NCBI GenBank assembly: GCA_008632985.1 | Contig: QPGO01000069.1 | Coordinates: forward strand, 372,001 to 436,000 | DNA from: Psammoneis japonica | Taxonomy: Eukaryota | DNA length: 64,000 bases | Direction: 5' to 3' | Part shown: piece by piece, positions 1 through 13,575 of the stretch | Layout of the letters: the number at the start of each line of letters is the position of its first letter | How positions within the stretch are numbered: the first letter of the stretch is position 1 | Notes under the pieces: generated by a model | What the model saw: only the letters and a program-made list of their open reading frames with translations | Told to the model about the DNA's origin: nothing | The model's database searches: none | Made by a program: the position numbers and the translations under genes

Positions 1-1940
1 CAGACTGTTGTTGCGCTTGTCGTGTTTCAATGCATTGACAATCTGAGTCACTGGTTTTGATGCACCACAAACCTGACACACACGATCACAAGCCACCTGG
101 GCACTCAATCCAGCTCGGACAAGCCCAGCCACCACGTCCCATGGAACCTTCCTTCTGCGGCACTTGTGCTTGACTCGACCGCGCTCTTCTCTGGTGAAGT
201 CTTGTGCTGCTTTCCTTCCACCAATTCCATTCTCATGCTTTTGCCACAGAATGTGAATGGTCCTTGGATTTGGGCCAAGGGTGCTCTCATGCGGGACGTG
301 GTTTGGATTGTTGTTGTTTGCACCTTGCTGAGGCGGGACGTTTCCTGCAGCTTGTTGGTTGCCTTCCTGGTTTCGCGCAACTCCAAATGCAGGCTGGGAA
401 GCAAGGCGTCGCACATTGCATTCTACATTTGCAAGTCGACGCTCCAGCTGTGCATGATGATCATCAGAGCAGGCTTTGAGCTCCTCCATGACGCGACGCA
501 ATGATCTCACCTCGGAGTGCATCGCAAGCAATGGATTTCGATCGACAAGCCCACGGCCGGCTGCGACGCCCCCATTCTGAGCGCCATTCCCCCCATCATC
601 AACATCCACCACTTCATTGAAATGCACCTCAGCATCTTCACCAGTCACCACCATCAATGCTTTTTTAATTGGATTCTCGCCGACCGGCAGTTGATGAACT
701 CCATTGCATGCTTGGAGAATGCGTTCTCTTAGATGTTGCGGAAGGTGCCAGCTTTCTTCTGAGAAAGCAAACCACAGCAGTGCTTTCCCAAGCACCAAAG
801 CAATCTCAGCACCAAATTTGTTGTTTGTTGCTGGCGCCACATGCTCCAATAAAAAATCATTTGAAACTGGCCTCCAACACAGAGTGCTGAGGCAACCTTG
901 GCATCCGGCCACGGCAACTCTACGTCATCATACAAATCCGACATGCGCTTGGACATTTTCCAACGGCCACGACAGTCCTTCTCATCTTTTTGGCACCCAT
1001 TGTTGCGGGCACGCGTTGAGCCATACTTTCTGTCACTGTGTGAGCCAACCAGTCCTTTGGTGCTTCCTGTTGCAGCAACAAATTCTGGATGAATGTACAC
1101 TTCGTTTGTGAGTGTCTTGGTGACTGCATCCTTCACCTTTTCTCCTCCTTCTGGCACACGAAGGTCATTGGTTAATCCAAAAATGCAAGGTGCACGTTCT
1201 GCGGCACCTCCTACACTGTGGAACACTTCCAGCCAAATTGCCAAGCCAAGCAAAGAACAAAACTGTGGGTCCAGCATTGCCCCAAAGAGAATTTGGTTTG
1301 GGGCATCTCTTCTTCCAGACAGTTCTTTGACCAATTTGGCCTTGCCCGCAGGGTGAAGTCATTGGCTGGATGGGGGGTGAAATTGTCATTAAGAAACTGC
1401 GTGCAATCATCGATTCGACCAATCATGTGAACCTGAAACCGGGACAAGCTTGGCATGAGATGCTTCCGCAGCATGGATTGGTCTGGTTTTCCTCGAGCAT
1501 TTTGATTTGAGCCCGGTGCTCCTCATCTTTCAATGGTCGTCTCTTTTTTGACGGTGCGCCTCTGTTCCGAGTTTCCTCTTTCTTGACCTTTTTGATGAGT
1601 TTGTTTGCATCGGTTGATCATGTCGGGTTGCCTTGGTTCGATTGAACATTCCACGGCATCAACCGGTTTGGCACGCAGCTGGAAATCGCCTTCTTCCAGC
1701 ATTCCAACAAACTTGACCTTGCTTGCTTGGGCAAGTCTTCTTTGCCTGGTTCGGGCGTTCCACACGCCTTTAGATTCATCCACCGCTTGACATCATCGGG
1801 GGTCATTTGAAGCAGCCTCTGGTTGGTGAACTCTTGCTCACATTGACAAGTCACCCCATCAAGAAATGACATGAGTGCCATCAAGGTTGGCTTGCAATCA
1901 TTTTTAGATGGCATGGTCTCCATTGCATTGTTGCACAAAT
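1..1940 (-). mobile_element. Crypton-type (tyrosine recombinase) DNA transposon relic, copy A; frameshifted and TpA-hypermutated; runs off the window's left edge
   Basis: Minus-strand fragments join into one protein. N-terminal ...TPDDVKRWMNLKA[C]GTPEP...LE[C]WKKAISS...NQGNPT (1618-1938). YR core with GSHSDRKYGSTRARNNGC..DEKD.RGRWK...SDLYDDVELPWPDAKVASALC (HxxR and catalytic Y; 729-1334). C-terminal LWQK[H]ENGIGGRKAAQDFTREERGRVKHK[C]RRRKV.WD (GCR1_C-like; 1-300). Resembles oomycete/diatom CryptonS elements. Confidence 0.8.
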
Positions 1941-2603
1941 CGATCAGAAACGCGATGTTCCATGCAACAAATCGGTTGTTTCAATGCGGAAAAATTTCCC
2001 GTGCTTTCCACAACAACACAGAAGGCACGGTGTCTGAAAAGGAGTAAGGTTCAACACAACGTGTAGAATTCAACGGGGAAATACAACATTGGTTGTATTC
2101 CCGGGATAATGTACTTGTACCGGTGCAGACCTCCCAAGCCGGGAGTGGTGCCGGTAAGTACAATCAAACAAAAAAAAAGGCGAGAAAGCACACGGAGCAA
2201 AGGACGATCAAAAGCTCCGTGACCCAGCATTGCCATTTAACGGTAATAAATATATTGTATTATAATCATGTGTTAACACATGCAAATGCGTTGAGTCTTG
2301 TGAAAACATATAAGGTCATCGTTATCATTAGATGAGTATCCGTTGAACTGGGGCAACTCCTAATAACCACTCTAAATGAATTAAGAACTATCAGAAGAGC
2401 ATAAATACATTTATCACGGTATAGAACTACACAACGGACTATTGTGTAGGAAGAGAATACACATGACACTCGTGGGAAGAGGCAATAGATAATATTCTTC
2501 AAGTCCCAAGATAAACATTTCACTTTTGAAATTTCAGGTGGAGGGAATTCCGTTGCGGGGACGGATTATTTCATGAAAGTTGAAGAATTGGGCAGCGGCG
2601 ACC

Positions 2604-4320
2604 ATGGCGCCGTCTCCAGCGCCGGCAAGGATCGCATCTCCTAATCCCAATGGCATTTTCCGTCCTTCACATAGCAGGCCTCCATTGGCTCCCAGATCAC
2701 CAACGACGACAAATCTCCCGCAACAGCAACATGATCGTATTGCTCATCACGCAACTCCGAGTGACTTGATGCATGTTGCTGTGCCCCTCACACGAAAGCC
2801 CTCTGACGTGAGCGATTTGAGTGGTTCGGCGAACGAAGCGGGTTCTGTACATTCCAATGGCGTACCGCGGAATATCTCTACGGATGGTGCGGCGTCGCGT
2901 CAGCCTTGGAAGCAGCCGCACTTGCTATCCTCGACTCCGCCCAAGGATAGCGGAGTGGTTGTTGTGGAACGACAGGAGAGCGGAGTGGAAGTGATCAAGG
3001 CGGAAAAGCCCATGCTAGCAGGTGCTACAGACAACCTTACGCCATTGGTGGTTCTTCTTATGGACCCGCAGCAAAAGTGGTATGAGTTGCTTCTCATGTG
3101 GATCGATGTAGAGACAGACGCCGTCCGAGACGTGTTTCAGTCTGTGAATCAACGAATCAAAGAAGGCTGGAAACAAGAATATGATGGGTTCTTGCAGCTT
3201 CGGGGCGGTCACTGGAATCATCTTATCAATTGCTTTGCTATCAACAAGTATGACGTTGTTCCTCACGAAGTATGGATTGCCAAACCCACGTCCATGCTTG
3301 GGAGACAAACGTAAGTGCTTCGCGTTGTTCCCTGCGCTCTCCCCTTTTATGCTGCTACTCATTTTACGCGGAAAACTTCTAACCACCGTCGCACGTCATC
3401 AATTGTGTTGTGTTTGCAGGATAAAGTGTGCTGATAACTTGATCAAGCACATGAGGAATATTGGCATGGTTTCTCAAGGCGCAGGAGGATTGTTATCAGG
3501 GGGTAGCACTTCTCCATCAAGAAAAAACAAGGGAGCCACGGCTCCGTCCAACAATGGAGTCTTGACGCTGAGCCTCGTGGCGCGATCAAGAATTTATGCT
3601 CCAGATGGAGTTATGAAACCTCATCGCGGAGGAATCTTTCTTACCTTCTCGCCGCCTTTTGAACCGGAAGTAGCGCCTCCTCGACAAGTAACCGATGACC
3701 ACGACGATGGATCCTCCAACATTTCGGGCCTGTCCTTTGAAGTGTCGGGAGGAGTTGAGATAAGTAGGAACAGTACTCATTCAAACTCTCAAGCCTTCTC
3801 CGCGACACCCAAAAAGCCTTCGTCTACTTCAAGGGGCGCCACGAGAAGCGACGTGTCCACAGGAAGCAGCCACGTAATTCGAGAACGAGGAAATCGACTA
3901 TTCTTCAATCCAAAGCCCGCCAAGTCCATCCAGAAGGAATCGAAGCCAGCAAAGACTACCGGCACAAATCGAGCTGCAGACTATCGACAGAAGAAAGAAA
4001 GTCGACTCAAGCTATTTGGTGGTTGCCTGGGTTTCGCGGACTGTTCTGCAGAGCAGAAGTCGGACTATGAATGGAACTTGCCGGGTTCGTCCTCGGATCA
4101 CCGGATGCCCATGTTGGAAACAGAGACCACCGCCATGACAGAGTCTCCATCGCGAAAGCTTTCGTCGGGTAGTTGGGCCGAGTTTGGGGATGAGTTTTCG
4201 TTTGTATCACACGAGGACTCCTTTGCGCCTCTCATCAATCGACATTCATCAGAAGTGTTGCCTGTTGTAAGTCGAAACGAGGTCACCGACTGTGGGATCA
4301 GCAGTGGTGTCTCCATTTAG
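2604..4320 (+). CDS. Hypothetical protein, 2 exons (2604-3310, 3420-4320)
   Basis: ORFs 2580-3314 and 3181-4320 join in frame through a GTAAGT...TTGCAG intron at 3311-3419. Globular core LVVLLMDPQQKWYELL... flanked by S/P-rich low-complexity regions. Normal TpA/CpG content. Confidence 0.7.
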
Positions 4321-4502
4321 ATTGGGAAAATAGACCAAGGGGAACAATCATCGTTTGCAAAAGAGGATGATTCAGTACATGCTAAATATTACTATTCCAA
4401 CTACTAGAGATTTGCATTAGATAATACTTTCACGGCAGACTCTAGCTGTTTAGAGGAACGATCGAGATTTCCCAAGAGCACCCAAGAGCTTAACTTGTTC
4501 TT

Positions 4503-7500
4503 TTAGGGCGCACGGTTGGGCATGGCATCTAGATCGTAGCCTCGTTTCGCCGGAGGGCCGCTATAAAACGAAGATCTGTTGTCCCTGCCTTGTTGCGTGT
4601 ATCCACCTCCGTCAGCTCCCCTACCATGGTCATTTCCATAGTTTCCGCCAGCGTTCTGGTGGTAGCCGCCTTCGTTTCTTCTGCCTTCAGAAAAGTTTGG
4701 ACTTTGATGATCAGCGTTCCCACCTCCTTGATGAGAAAAATCACCATGTGGACGATTAAAACCAGGTCCTTCAGGAGAGCGGCTGTTGTGATAGTCTCCA
4801 CCATGTCCATAGTGCGACCGCTCTTGGAAGGCGCGATTATCCATGTGACGGGAGCGATCGTCACCACCACCATATCTATGACCTTCGCCATGGCTGCCGG
4901 CATCAAATCCGCGTTCACGCCTATTATCGTACTTTGACCACCACGCTGGTAGCTTCCGGCATCGCCCCCTTGTTCGCGCCTGTTGTCAAAGCCGCGGTCG
5001 TCGCGTTGGTACCCACCGTCGTGAGCCTTGAATCTCTTCTGTGGCTCTTGAGATGGGTAGAGGTCTGCTTCACGCGGGTGAGTGCGATGACCACGGTGAT
5101 CTTCAAACGAGCCTCTTGGTGAACCTCTTGGAGGCTCAGTGGATGAGTAATGGCTTTGGTTACCATACGCGTTGTCGACTGGTCGTGCTTCGTAGCTGGG
5201 GCGTGGGGGATCACTGCGGTATTGGTCGTGCCTATCTCTGGTATGATCAAAACCACCACCTTGGTTGTTATAAGGCTCTCTGGCTCTGTTGCGATCGTAA
5301 CCGCCGCCTTGGTGACTATCTCTACGGTCATAACCACCCCCTTGATAGCTATCTCTGCGATCATTTCCGCCACCTTGATAATCGTTTCGGTCCCAGTTGC
5401 GGTTATAGCCCGCGCCGTCACTTTGCTGGCGGTCGTACCCACTGTTTCTTCGGTCACCACGAAAGTCGTTCCTCACCCGATTGTGCCCGTTGCGGCCCCT
5501 CTCTAGCGATCTTGTATCCGCAATTGGAGTAATCTTGGGCCTGACTTTTTGTTCAACCTCGGGCATTGCGGTTGCGGTAGTTTCCTCCTCCTTGTACTTT
5601 GCGTATCCCTCTTTATCAAAGACGATAGTGCCATTATTCTTTTTCACCTCGTCAACGATTGACTGCTTGTCAATATGAACTCGGCCCTTATTGGGCTGTT
5701 CTATTTCCTTGATGTTCATGAACTTTAACATTGCACGAACACGCTTTCTCATGCCATCGTCCCCATGACGGATACCACGCATTCGCGTTTTTCCATATCC
5801 TGTAACTATATCAATTGATTTGATGGCATCAAGCTTGGAAGTATTGATAAAGTAAGGCACAAGGCACTCTTCAAACCACCACAGCAAGCCGGTTTCACCC
5901 CCGCCGAGAGAAAGGAAATGTAGGTCGAGCTCTAACCATTGTCCACCAAGCCTCGATACTCTTGCGTAGAACCCGCGCTCCACCCCTGGCCAAATCACAC
6001 AAAAGAAGCTCAAAGTTGAGCTATCGTCGCTCAATCAAGATGCATGACAGCCACAACTAGTACATACCTTGCTTGAACAAATTTCTTGCCAATTGCGCTT
6101 CGCAGGCCACAGCCTCGAGCACAGCGTTATAGCTCACCACGTCTGGCACAACGCCAACGCGATCCATCTCTTTGAATAGATCATAGCCTTGCTCCCAGAG
6201 GCAACAGCGTGCGCACGCTGAAATGGCCGAGTTGTAAATATGCACGTTTGGAGAAACGCCTTCAATCTTCATGCGGTCCATGAGCTGGAATGCAATGTCG
6301 GCTCTGCCACACTTCTCCATGCACGACATGGCTGCACCAAAGATAATCACGTTCTTCTTTATCCCAACTTCAGTCATCTCGTCTAGGTACTCAAGGCATT
6401 GACGCCACTGAAATCCCTTCTCACAGGCGGCAATAGCGCTACCATAACTTACCACGGTAACAGCTAGTTTTCTGTTCTTCATCTCATCGAAAAGATCGAG
6501 AGCTCGTTCCCACTGCAATCCTTTCTCCAGAGCAGTCATTGTCGCGTTGTATGTAACAACACTGCATCAAAACATAAAGCAGTTGAAGATGTAAGTTGCA
6601 ATAGACATATGGTTTACGGACCGGCGTGCTTCTTGTTGCGTACCTCGGTGTTCCACCTGACCGCTCAATGTCGCGAAACAAATCAAGCGCCTTCTCCCAC
6701 TGTTGTCCCTTGGATAGAGCCGAAATACAGGCCGAATAGGCAATAACATTGGCTCCGTGGCCTGCCGCCTTCATCTCTTCCAGGACTTCCAACGCGAGCT
6801 TCCATTGTTGTCCTTTCTCGCAGGCGCTAATAAGCGCGCTAAAGGTAATAACTGTTGGAGTGATTCCCTCCTTCTTCATGTTTTCGAAAATCTCCAGCGC
6901 TTTGTTGGGTACGAGTCCCTTCTCGCAAGCGCTGATTGCCGCGTTGTAGGCAATGGCGGTCCTTCCGACTCCTTCTCGCTTCATCTGCTCCAGCAGGTTG
7001 AGGGCATCACGCCACTGTCCGCACTTTTCGCAGGCCGAAATGGCACTCGAGAAGGTAACTTCATTCTTCTGGACTCCCTTTTGCTCCATCTCTCTCAAGA
7101 GACTCAGTGCCTTCTGTGAATCCTTGGTCTTCTCAAAAACGGAGATTAGCGAATTGTAGTGATAAACGTTCTTCTCCATACCTGCAGTGTCCATCCAGTG
7201 CCATACGTCAAAGGCGATGCCGATCTTCCTTCGGCGAGCTAGGTTGGATAAGATTGCAGTGATGGTCTTGCTGCGTTCTGCCACGGAAAAGACATTGTCA
7301 AATGCATAACTCATCTCGTCGGCGAGGTTGCATCCGGGTCTCGAGATAGATCCACCAGCCTGTTGACCTCCGTATTCCGGACATTGCTAAAGGAGGAATC
7401 TCGACGACCACCGCGATGATAATACTTGTCGCTTGGGGCATCCCTTGAAAAGTTTTGTTGCCTGCCGTCTCTGTCAAGCATCTCACGGTCTCGCAGGCTC

Positions 7501-7790
7501 GCGCGTTCCTGATACCCACGCTTGAAATGATCGAGGGGCCGCGGTGCCAAGTCGGGTGCTTGTTCCGCGCCCGGGACAAACCTCTCACCATGATCTGGCT
7601 TATTGACACTATTCTTGTTGTCGACTGGTTGATTTGTGTTGTCTTGGTGACTGCGGAGGGAACATGAAACACACAGAGTGAGAGGCACACTAAGAAACAT
7701 ACGAAAAACAAGACCCATGTTGTGTTTTCTTTTTTTGTTTAACGGAAGATTCAACTATAGAGAAACTCGCACATGATCTCCTTACCTCAT
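4503..7790 (-). CDS. Pentatricopeptide-repeat (PPR) protein with Smr domain and R/G/D-rich disordered C-terminal tail
   Basis: Tandem 35-aa PPR motifs (NEVTFSSAISACEKCGQW.., YNAAISACEKG..) at 6057-7314. Smr-like LELDLHFLS...IDIVTGYGK at ~5700-5950. Micro-exon ATGAG at 7786-7790 followed by a GTAAGG..CCGCAG intron. Apparent single-base frameshifts near 7335 and 4935. Confidence 0.85.
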
Positions 7791-8328
7791 TTCAATATCT
7801 AAACTCTCTACAGGGCCTCGTTTGATGCAACACGTCGATTGTTATCAAATCTTCAACACACGATCGCTTTGCTGTTTTGACCTTCGTTTTTTTTGTCATG
7901 TTGCTGTGGCGGCGGGGTGGAGGGAGTTTTCGAGAGTGCGCGCGTGGCCACGAAAATACCTGTAGAAAAACACGAGCGATTCCTGGTACAAAACGTGCAT
8001 GTACTGTCACACGTGGAATTCTACACAAGGTACGTCCGTGTGTCCACTTCTTACTTCCAGTGGCACCTTGAGGGCGGATGGTCGCTCTCTACTCTAGCTA
8101 AAAAATACAGTACTCTACTCTCTAGAGTAGATTTGGGATTGTCTTGCCATAAAACTCTCTCTACTTTGAACTAACTACTGATAAAAACTTTACGTGCACC
8201 TGTGGCTTCATTCCCCTCAGGTCGATGAAGACAAACAAGTGCAAACTCCACTACAAAAAATGCCATCAACAAACACTGCGGCTTGACTAAAAAATACTCA
8301 CGACGAAATCAATGATAAGTTGCCGTCA

Positions 8329-10180
8329 CTAATCCTCAGGGTCAACTTCCACCTTAAAGTTGTCCCTAGCACTCTTTGAATCCGCTTCGACCTGCTCCAA
8401 ATCACCGATAAGCCAAACAAACCCAGCAAAGCTCATAATGTCTTGAGCACGCTTGATGTGTTTACCAACCTCGCAAAGCATGACGTGATCGTCGTATGTT
8501 TTGAGGCGCTCAAAGTCGTCTCCCGTAAAGGAGCGCAGGGTGCCCGTCTTGTCGCTAGGCACAAACACGTGACGCGCCACTTTCGCTGGAGTAAAAGAAG
8601 GAGGGACCCGAATGGGAAATCCGCAATGCGCGTCAAGCAAGGCATGGAATGGATACCAACCGGGAATTGTCTTTTGGGCCATGATTGATTTGCGTCCACC
8701 TGCTAGACGGGCACCAATCTCGATAAGGACGGGGTCGACATAGCGTCCAGTGTCAGCGTTGTATCGAGCCATCAACTCACAGTGCCCAAGGCCATACTTG
8801 ATGCCAAGGGCACGGCAGACAGCCTCTGCGTAGCGGACGAGAACGGCATACTTTGGGTCGTGGGGGTCAACCATGGTTTGCCAAGTATTGACCATGGTAC
8901 CATCGGTAAAAATCTTGTTGTACTGCCAAACATCAGTCACTTGGAGACCACGAGGAGCGGTGGGACTGGCAATAATGTTGACGGCAAACTCTTCGCCTTT
9001 AAGGAACTCCTCCATCAACGAGAAGGTAGATTTGGTGCCGTCAGGGCCAACGCTGCGAACAATCTCACCTGAGCGTAGAATGGCCTCTTGTAGCGTCTCG
9101 CAAATGTAGACTCCCTGGACAGACAAATTCGAATAAGAACGAATTTAGTTAGATACCCGATGGAAATAAAAGCGCCCAGTCTCGGCAATAACATACCTGC
9201 GTACTCATACCACGAGGAGTCTTGACAACGACGGGAAAGTCAAGCTCCAGGTCCTTAATGGCATTCTCCACATCGGATCCATCCCGTGCGGTGAGACGTG
9301 CGTACTTGGCGACACGAAGACCGGCGTTGGCAACGGTCTGCTTCATGAGGGCCTTGTCACGGCGGCAACTCGCCAAACCCAAGTCATTGTGGACTGCTAG
9401 TCCCAAAAGAGCACCCAGCACGTCAGAGTAGTCCACCATCTTCTCGCGAAACGGAATGACTCCGAGGAAACGAAGATTCTGCTGGGATTCAATGGTCTTC
9501 AAATGGTTGGCACACTCGCAAATGTTGAACTTGCTTTTTTCGGGGGGTTCATAAACTTGGTGGACTCCAATTTCGAGTAGCGCTTCTGCCGTGGGGTAGT
9601 AACCGATGTTCTTGGTACCGTCATTGATCTCGGTATTGACGACAGTCACAAATAGACCGCGGGAGGTGGCTGCCTCAAGGAGGAACTTACAGTCGGCGAT
9701 ACGCGGCTCGAGAAGAATGATGGAGTTCTGAAGGATCGGTTCAGGTTCAGAGGCGGCGATAGGGTCGGGCACGATTTCGGTAGCGACAATCTTATGGTGT
9801 TCGATATCATCGGAGTCGTCGTTTTCGAAAGGCGTTTCACCCAAAGTTGCAATTGTAGGAACGGCAGAAACAAGCCGTTCGGGAAGCTCATCTCCGATCA
9901 GAGCTTCGTGCTCTACTTCGATTGGAACGCCCGTAGTTGGCTCGATTGGGGCTCCAGCAAGCTCAATAGGCTCCGTAGCTGGTTCAAGGAGAGTGTGCGT
10001 CTGGTTAGACATGTTCTTACTCTTGCTGATGCTGATTCCTGGTGGATTGACTGGTTCTGAAGTTGTGAGCACTCCAAATGCCAAAGATGATGTAGCGCTT
10101 TCTTCAAGCGCAGACGTGCTTGGACCGTTAAGTAGCGAGCATCCGGGAATGGGCATCACACACAGAGGGGAATTTGTCAT
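8329..10180 (-). CDS. ATP-grasp domain protein (L-amino-acid ligase / carnosine-synthase-like), 2 exons; exact start uncertain
   Basis: RRDKALMKQTV, PVVVKTPRGMS, LMEEFLKGEEFAVN, LGHCELM, LIEIGARLAGG are ATP-grasp motifs. Intron ~9115-9196 (GTATGT..TCCAG) joins ORFs 9149-10180 and 8329-9126. Confidence 0.85.
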
Positions 10181-10416
10181 TTGAACGTGAATTGAACGAA
10201 AAAATAATACTAAAAGACACTATGACATCAGATCTGACAAACGTACAACACGCAAGACTTGAGAAGAGCACTTTCAACAAGAGACTTTCAACTCCGAGAT
10301 ACTGTTGGAGCATTATTACAGTACTGTACCGTCACTCTAACGGTATGTATCATCACTGACGCATTTGAAAGAAATTGTCTTCATTTTTTAGTCGTGCATG
10401 TCTTGACTGTCAGTGG

Positions 10417-13400
10417 ATGGTCTTCTTTGGCGCAAGGACTTTGGCAACACTTTTCTCGTTCTTATATCGTGCAACAACAGTTCGTTGCTTAACAAGCTCT
10501 TTCTCAGCAACATCCCAGCGACGCTGGAAGGAACTGTTGGTTATGACGGACAACGGCATGGTGATTGACTTGGAAAAACATGTGGACACAGACTTTGCTG
10601 TGGGTGAGTTGAATCCACCCGCCTCGGTAACTTCTGCTGCAACAAGTGAAGGCGCAGATGACTCCAGTGCTTGTCAGCAGCCCATGAATGTTCCCAAGAT
10701 TGTTGCGGCAGGAAAGGGCTCCGCCATGTATCTGCCCGCCATTCTCTCCAAAGTCGTGGAGTTGTCAGGAAAAGAAGCTCCCAACATTCTCTACATTGGC
10801 ACGGCATCGTTCGATAAGGAGAAGAATTACAAGCGATACTACAACGAGTTTACAAAGCGACTCGGTAGTCCGGTAAAACGTCTCAACGTCAGTGAGCCCG
10901 ATGATGTCCCATCGATGGAAGAAATGCGTCACCTGGTCGTGGAATGGGCGGATGTAATTGCGTGCTCGGGAGGAAACACTCTGCACGCTTTGGTCCGATG
11001 GCAGGAGACCGGACTGGATATGCTTATGAAGGAAGCAGCAGAGCTGGGCACCGTGCTATGCGGTGGATCTGCTGGTGCGGGCTGCTGGTTTTCGTCCATG
11101 CATTCAGATTCGCTTCGTCCAGATAACGTCAAGAACGCTCAAGCTGTCAAGGACGAACTTGATGAAGATGAGCTTATGGACTGGGTAAGTTTTGGCCTAT
11201 TGACTGGGAATTTCAGCACCCTCGTTTTCTTTGCATAAGTTTCCTCACTCAATCTTTTTGCTGTTTTCCGGTTACTTTAGGACTATGTGAAAATCAATGG
11301 CTTGGGAATCGTACCCATGCAAGCCATGGCGGTTCCTCATTTTGATGTTACGGGCACTAATGATGTTTCGCGGTCAGAGCATGCTGAGCAGGTGCTTGTT
11401 GACCAGCAGGAGGGCATGCCCGCGATTGGTATTGACGAGAATGCAGCGCTTGTTGTAGAAGGCGACAAGGCAATGGTGGTGAGTGGCGACGGTAAAGCCA
11501 CGGTGCACGTGGTAGTCGCCGACGAGGAGACTGGCGAGACATTGACTGCGCCGCTCGTGCCCACCGAAGAACCAGTGCCGCTAGAGGAATTAGTTGACAT
11601 TGTCAACCCTGCTACCGCCGGTCATCTTGAGACTCTGGAGGAGCATGTTGATACGGATTTTGCAATTGCCGAACATGTGCTCAAATCATCAACGGCAGAT
11701 ACCCATGCTACCGCGGAGTCTTGCTTACAGTCCAACGAGCAAGCCATCCACGGGCAGCGCGAAGAAGATCAAGTACCAAAAATCGTTGCAGCAGGCAGAA
11801 TGAAAGCGCTACAAATGCCCGCAGTCTTCGAAAAGGTTATCGAACTCTCTGGTAAGGAGAAGCCTAGAATCTGTTACATTGGTACGGCCTCGTTTGACCG
11901 TACCGACAAGTACAACTTGTGCACCAAGGCCTTTCGCGAGTTGGATTGCGAGATTGAGCGATTAGACGTCTCGGAAGCTGACACCGTTCCTTCATTAGAG
12001 GATATGCGTCGTTTGGTTTTGGATTGGGCGGACGTGTTGTTATGCTCGGGCGGAAACACGTTGCATGCATTGCTCCGTTGGAAGGAGACCGGACTCGACC
12101 TTATCTTGAAGGATGCGGCGGAGCAGGGCAAGGTCTTGTGTGGCGGCTCAGCCGGTGCCGGGTGTTGGTTTTCTTCTATTCACTCCGACTCACTTCGCCC
12201 TGACAATGTGAGAAACGCAGAGAGTGTGAAGTATGAGCTGGACGACGAGGACCTTACAAATTGGGACTACGTCAAGATAAGCGGTCTTGGTATCATTCCG
12301 GCAATGGCGGTGCCTCATTTTGACGCTACGGGTACTAATGATGTTTCACGATCGGAAAATGCCGAGCATGTGCTTGTTGATCAGCAGGACGGCATGCCCG
12401 CGATTGGCATTGATGAGAACGCAGCACTTGTTGTGGAAGGCGGCAAGGCAATGGTAGTGAGTGGCGATGGTAAAGCAACATGCCATGTGGTGGTTGCCGA
12501 CGAGAAGACGGGCGAGACATCGACGGCGCCGCTCGTGCCCACCGAGGAGCCAGTGCCACTCGAGGAGTTGGTTGACATTGTCAACCCTGCTACCGCCAGT
12601 CATCTTGAGACTCTGGAGGAGCATGTTGATACAGATTTTGCTATTGCCGAAAATGTGCTCAAATCATCAACGGGAGATGCCCACTCTGCCGCAGAGTCGT
12701 CCTTACAGTCCGAGGAGCAAGCCATCCACGGGCAGCACGACGAAGATCAAGTACCAAAGATAGTTGCGGCAGGCAGAATGAAAGCGCTACAACTGCCAGC
12801 CGTATTCGAAAAGGTTATCGAACTCTCTGGCAAGGAGAAGCCTAGAATTTGTTACATTGGTACGGCCTCGTTTGACCGTACCGACAAGTACAACTTGTGC
12901 ACCAAGGCCTTTCGCGACTTGGATTGTGAGATTGAGCGATTAGACGTCTCGGAAGCTGACACCGTTCCTTCATTAGAGGATATGCGTCGTTTGGTTTTGG
13001 ATTGGGCGGACGTGTTGTTATGCTCGGGCGGAAACACGTTGCATGCATTGCTCCGTTGGAAGGAGACCGGACTCGACCTTATCTTGAAGGATGCGGCGGA
13101 GCAGGGCAAGGTCTTGTGTGGCGGCTCAGCCGGTGCCGGATGTTGGTTTTCCTCTATTCACTCCGACTCACTTCGCCCTGACAATGTGAGAAACGCAGAG
13201 AGTGTGAAGTATGATCTGGACGACGAGGACCTTACAAATTGGGACTACGTCAAGATAAGCGGTCTTGGTATTATTCCAGCGATGGCGGTGCCTCATTTTG
13301 ACGCTACAGGTACTAATGATGTTTCAAGGTCTGAGCATGCTGAACAGGTGCTTGTTGATCAGCAGGACGGCATGCCCGCGATTGGCATTGATGAGAACGC

Positions 13401-13575
13401 AGCACTTGTTGTGGAAGGCGGCAAGGCTATGGTAGTGAGTGGCGATGGTAAAGCAACATGCCATGTGGTGGTTGCTGATTCAGAGACGGGCGAGACATTG
13501 ACTTCGCCGCTGATGCATGGTGAGGCACCGGCTGCTCTGGAAGAAATGATTGGTATGGTTGATTTCACAATATGA
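10417..13575 (+). CDS. Peptidase family S51 (dipeptidase E / cyanophycinase-like) protein with three tandem catalytic domains
   Basis: Three copies of YIGTASFD...SGGNT...GGSAGA (nucleophile elbow)...PHFD...IGIDENAAL. GTAAGT..TTTAG intron at 11185-11280 joins ORFs 10375-11238 and 11287-13575. Confidence 0.88.
11290..13510 (+). repeat. Intragenic tandem duplication, ~978-bp unit, near-identical
   Basis: The segment around 11770-12540 recurs at ~12750-13510 with few substitutions; TpA and CpG are retained. Confidence 0.9.
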
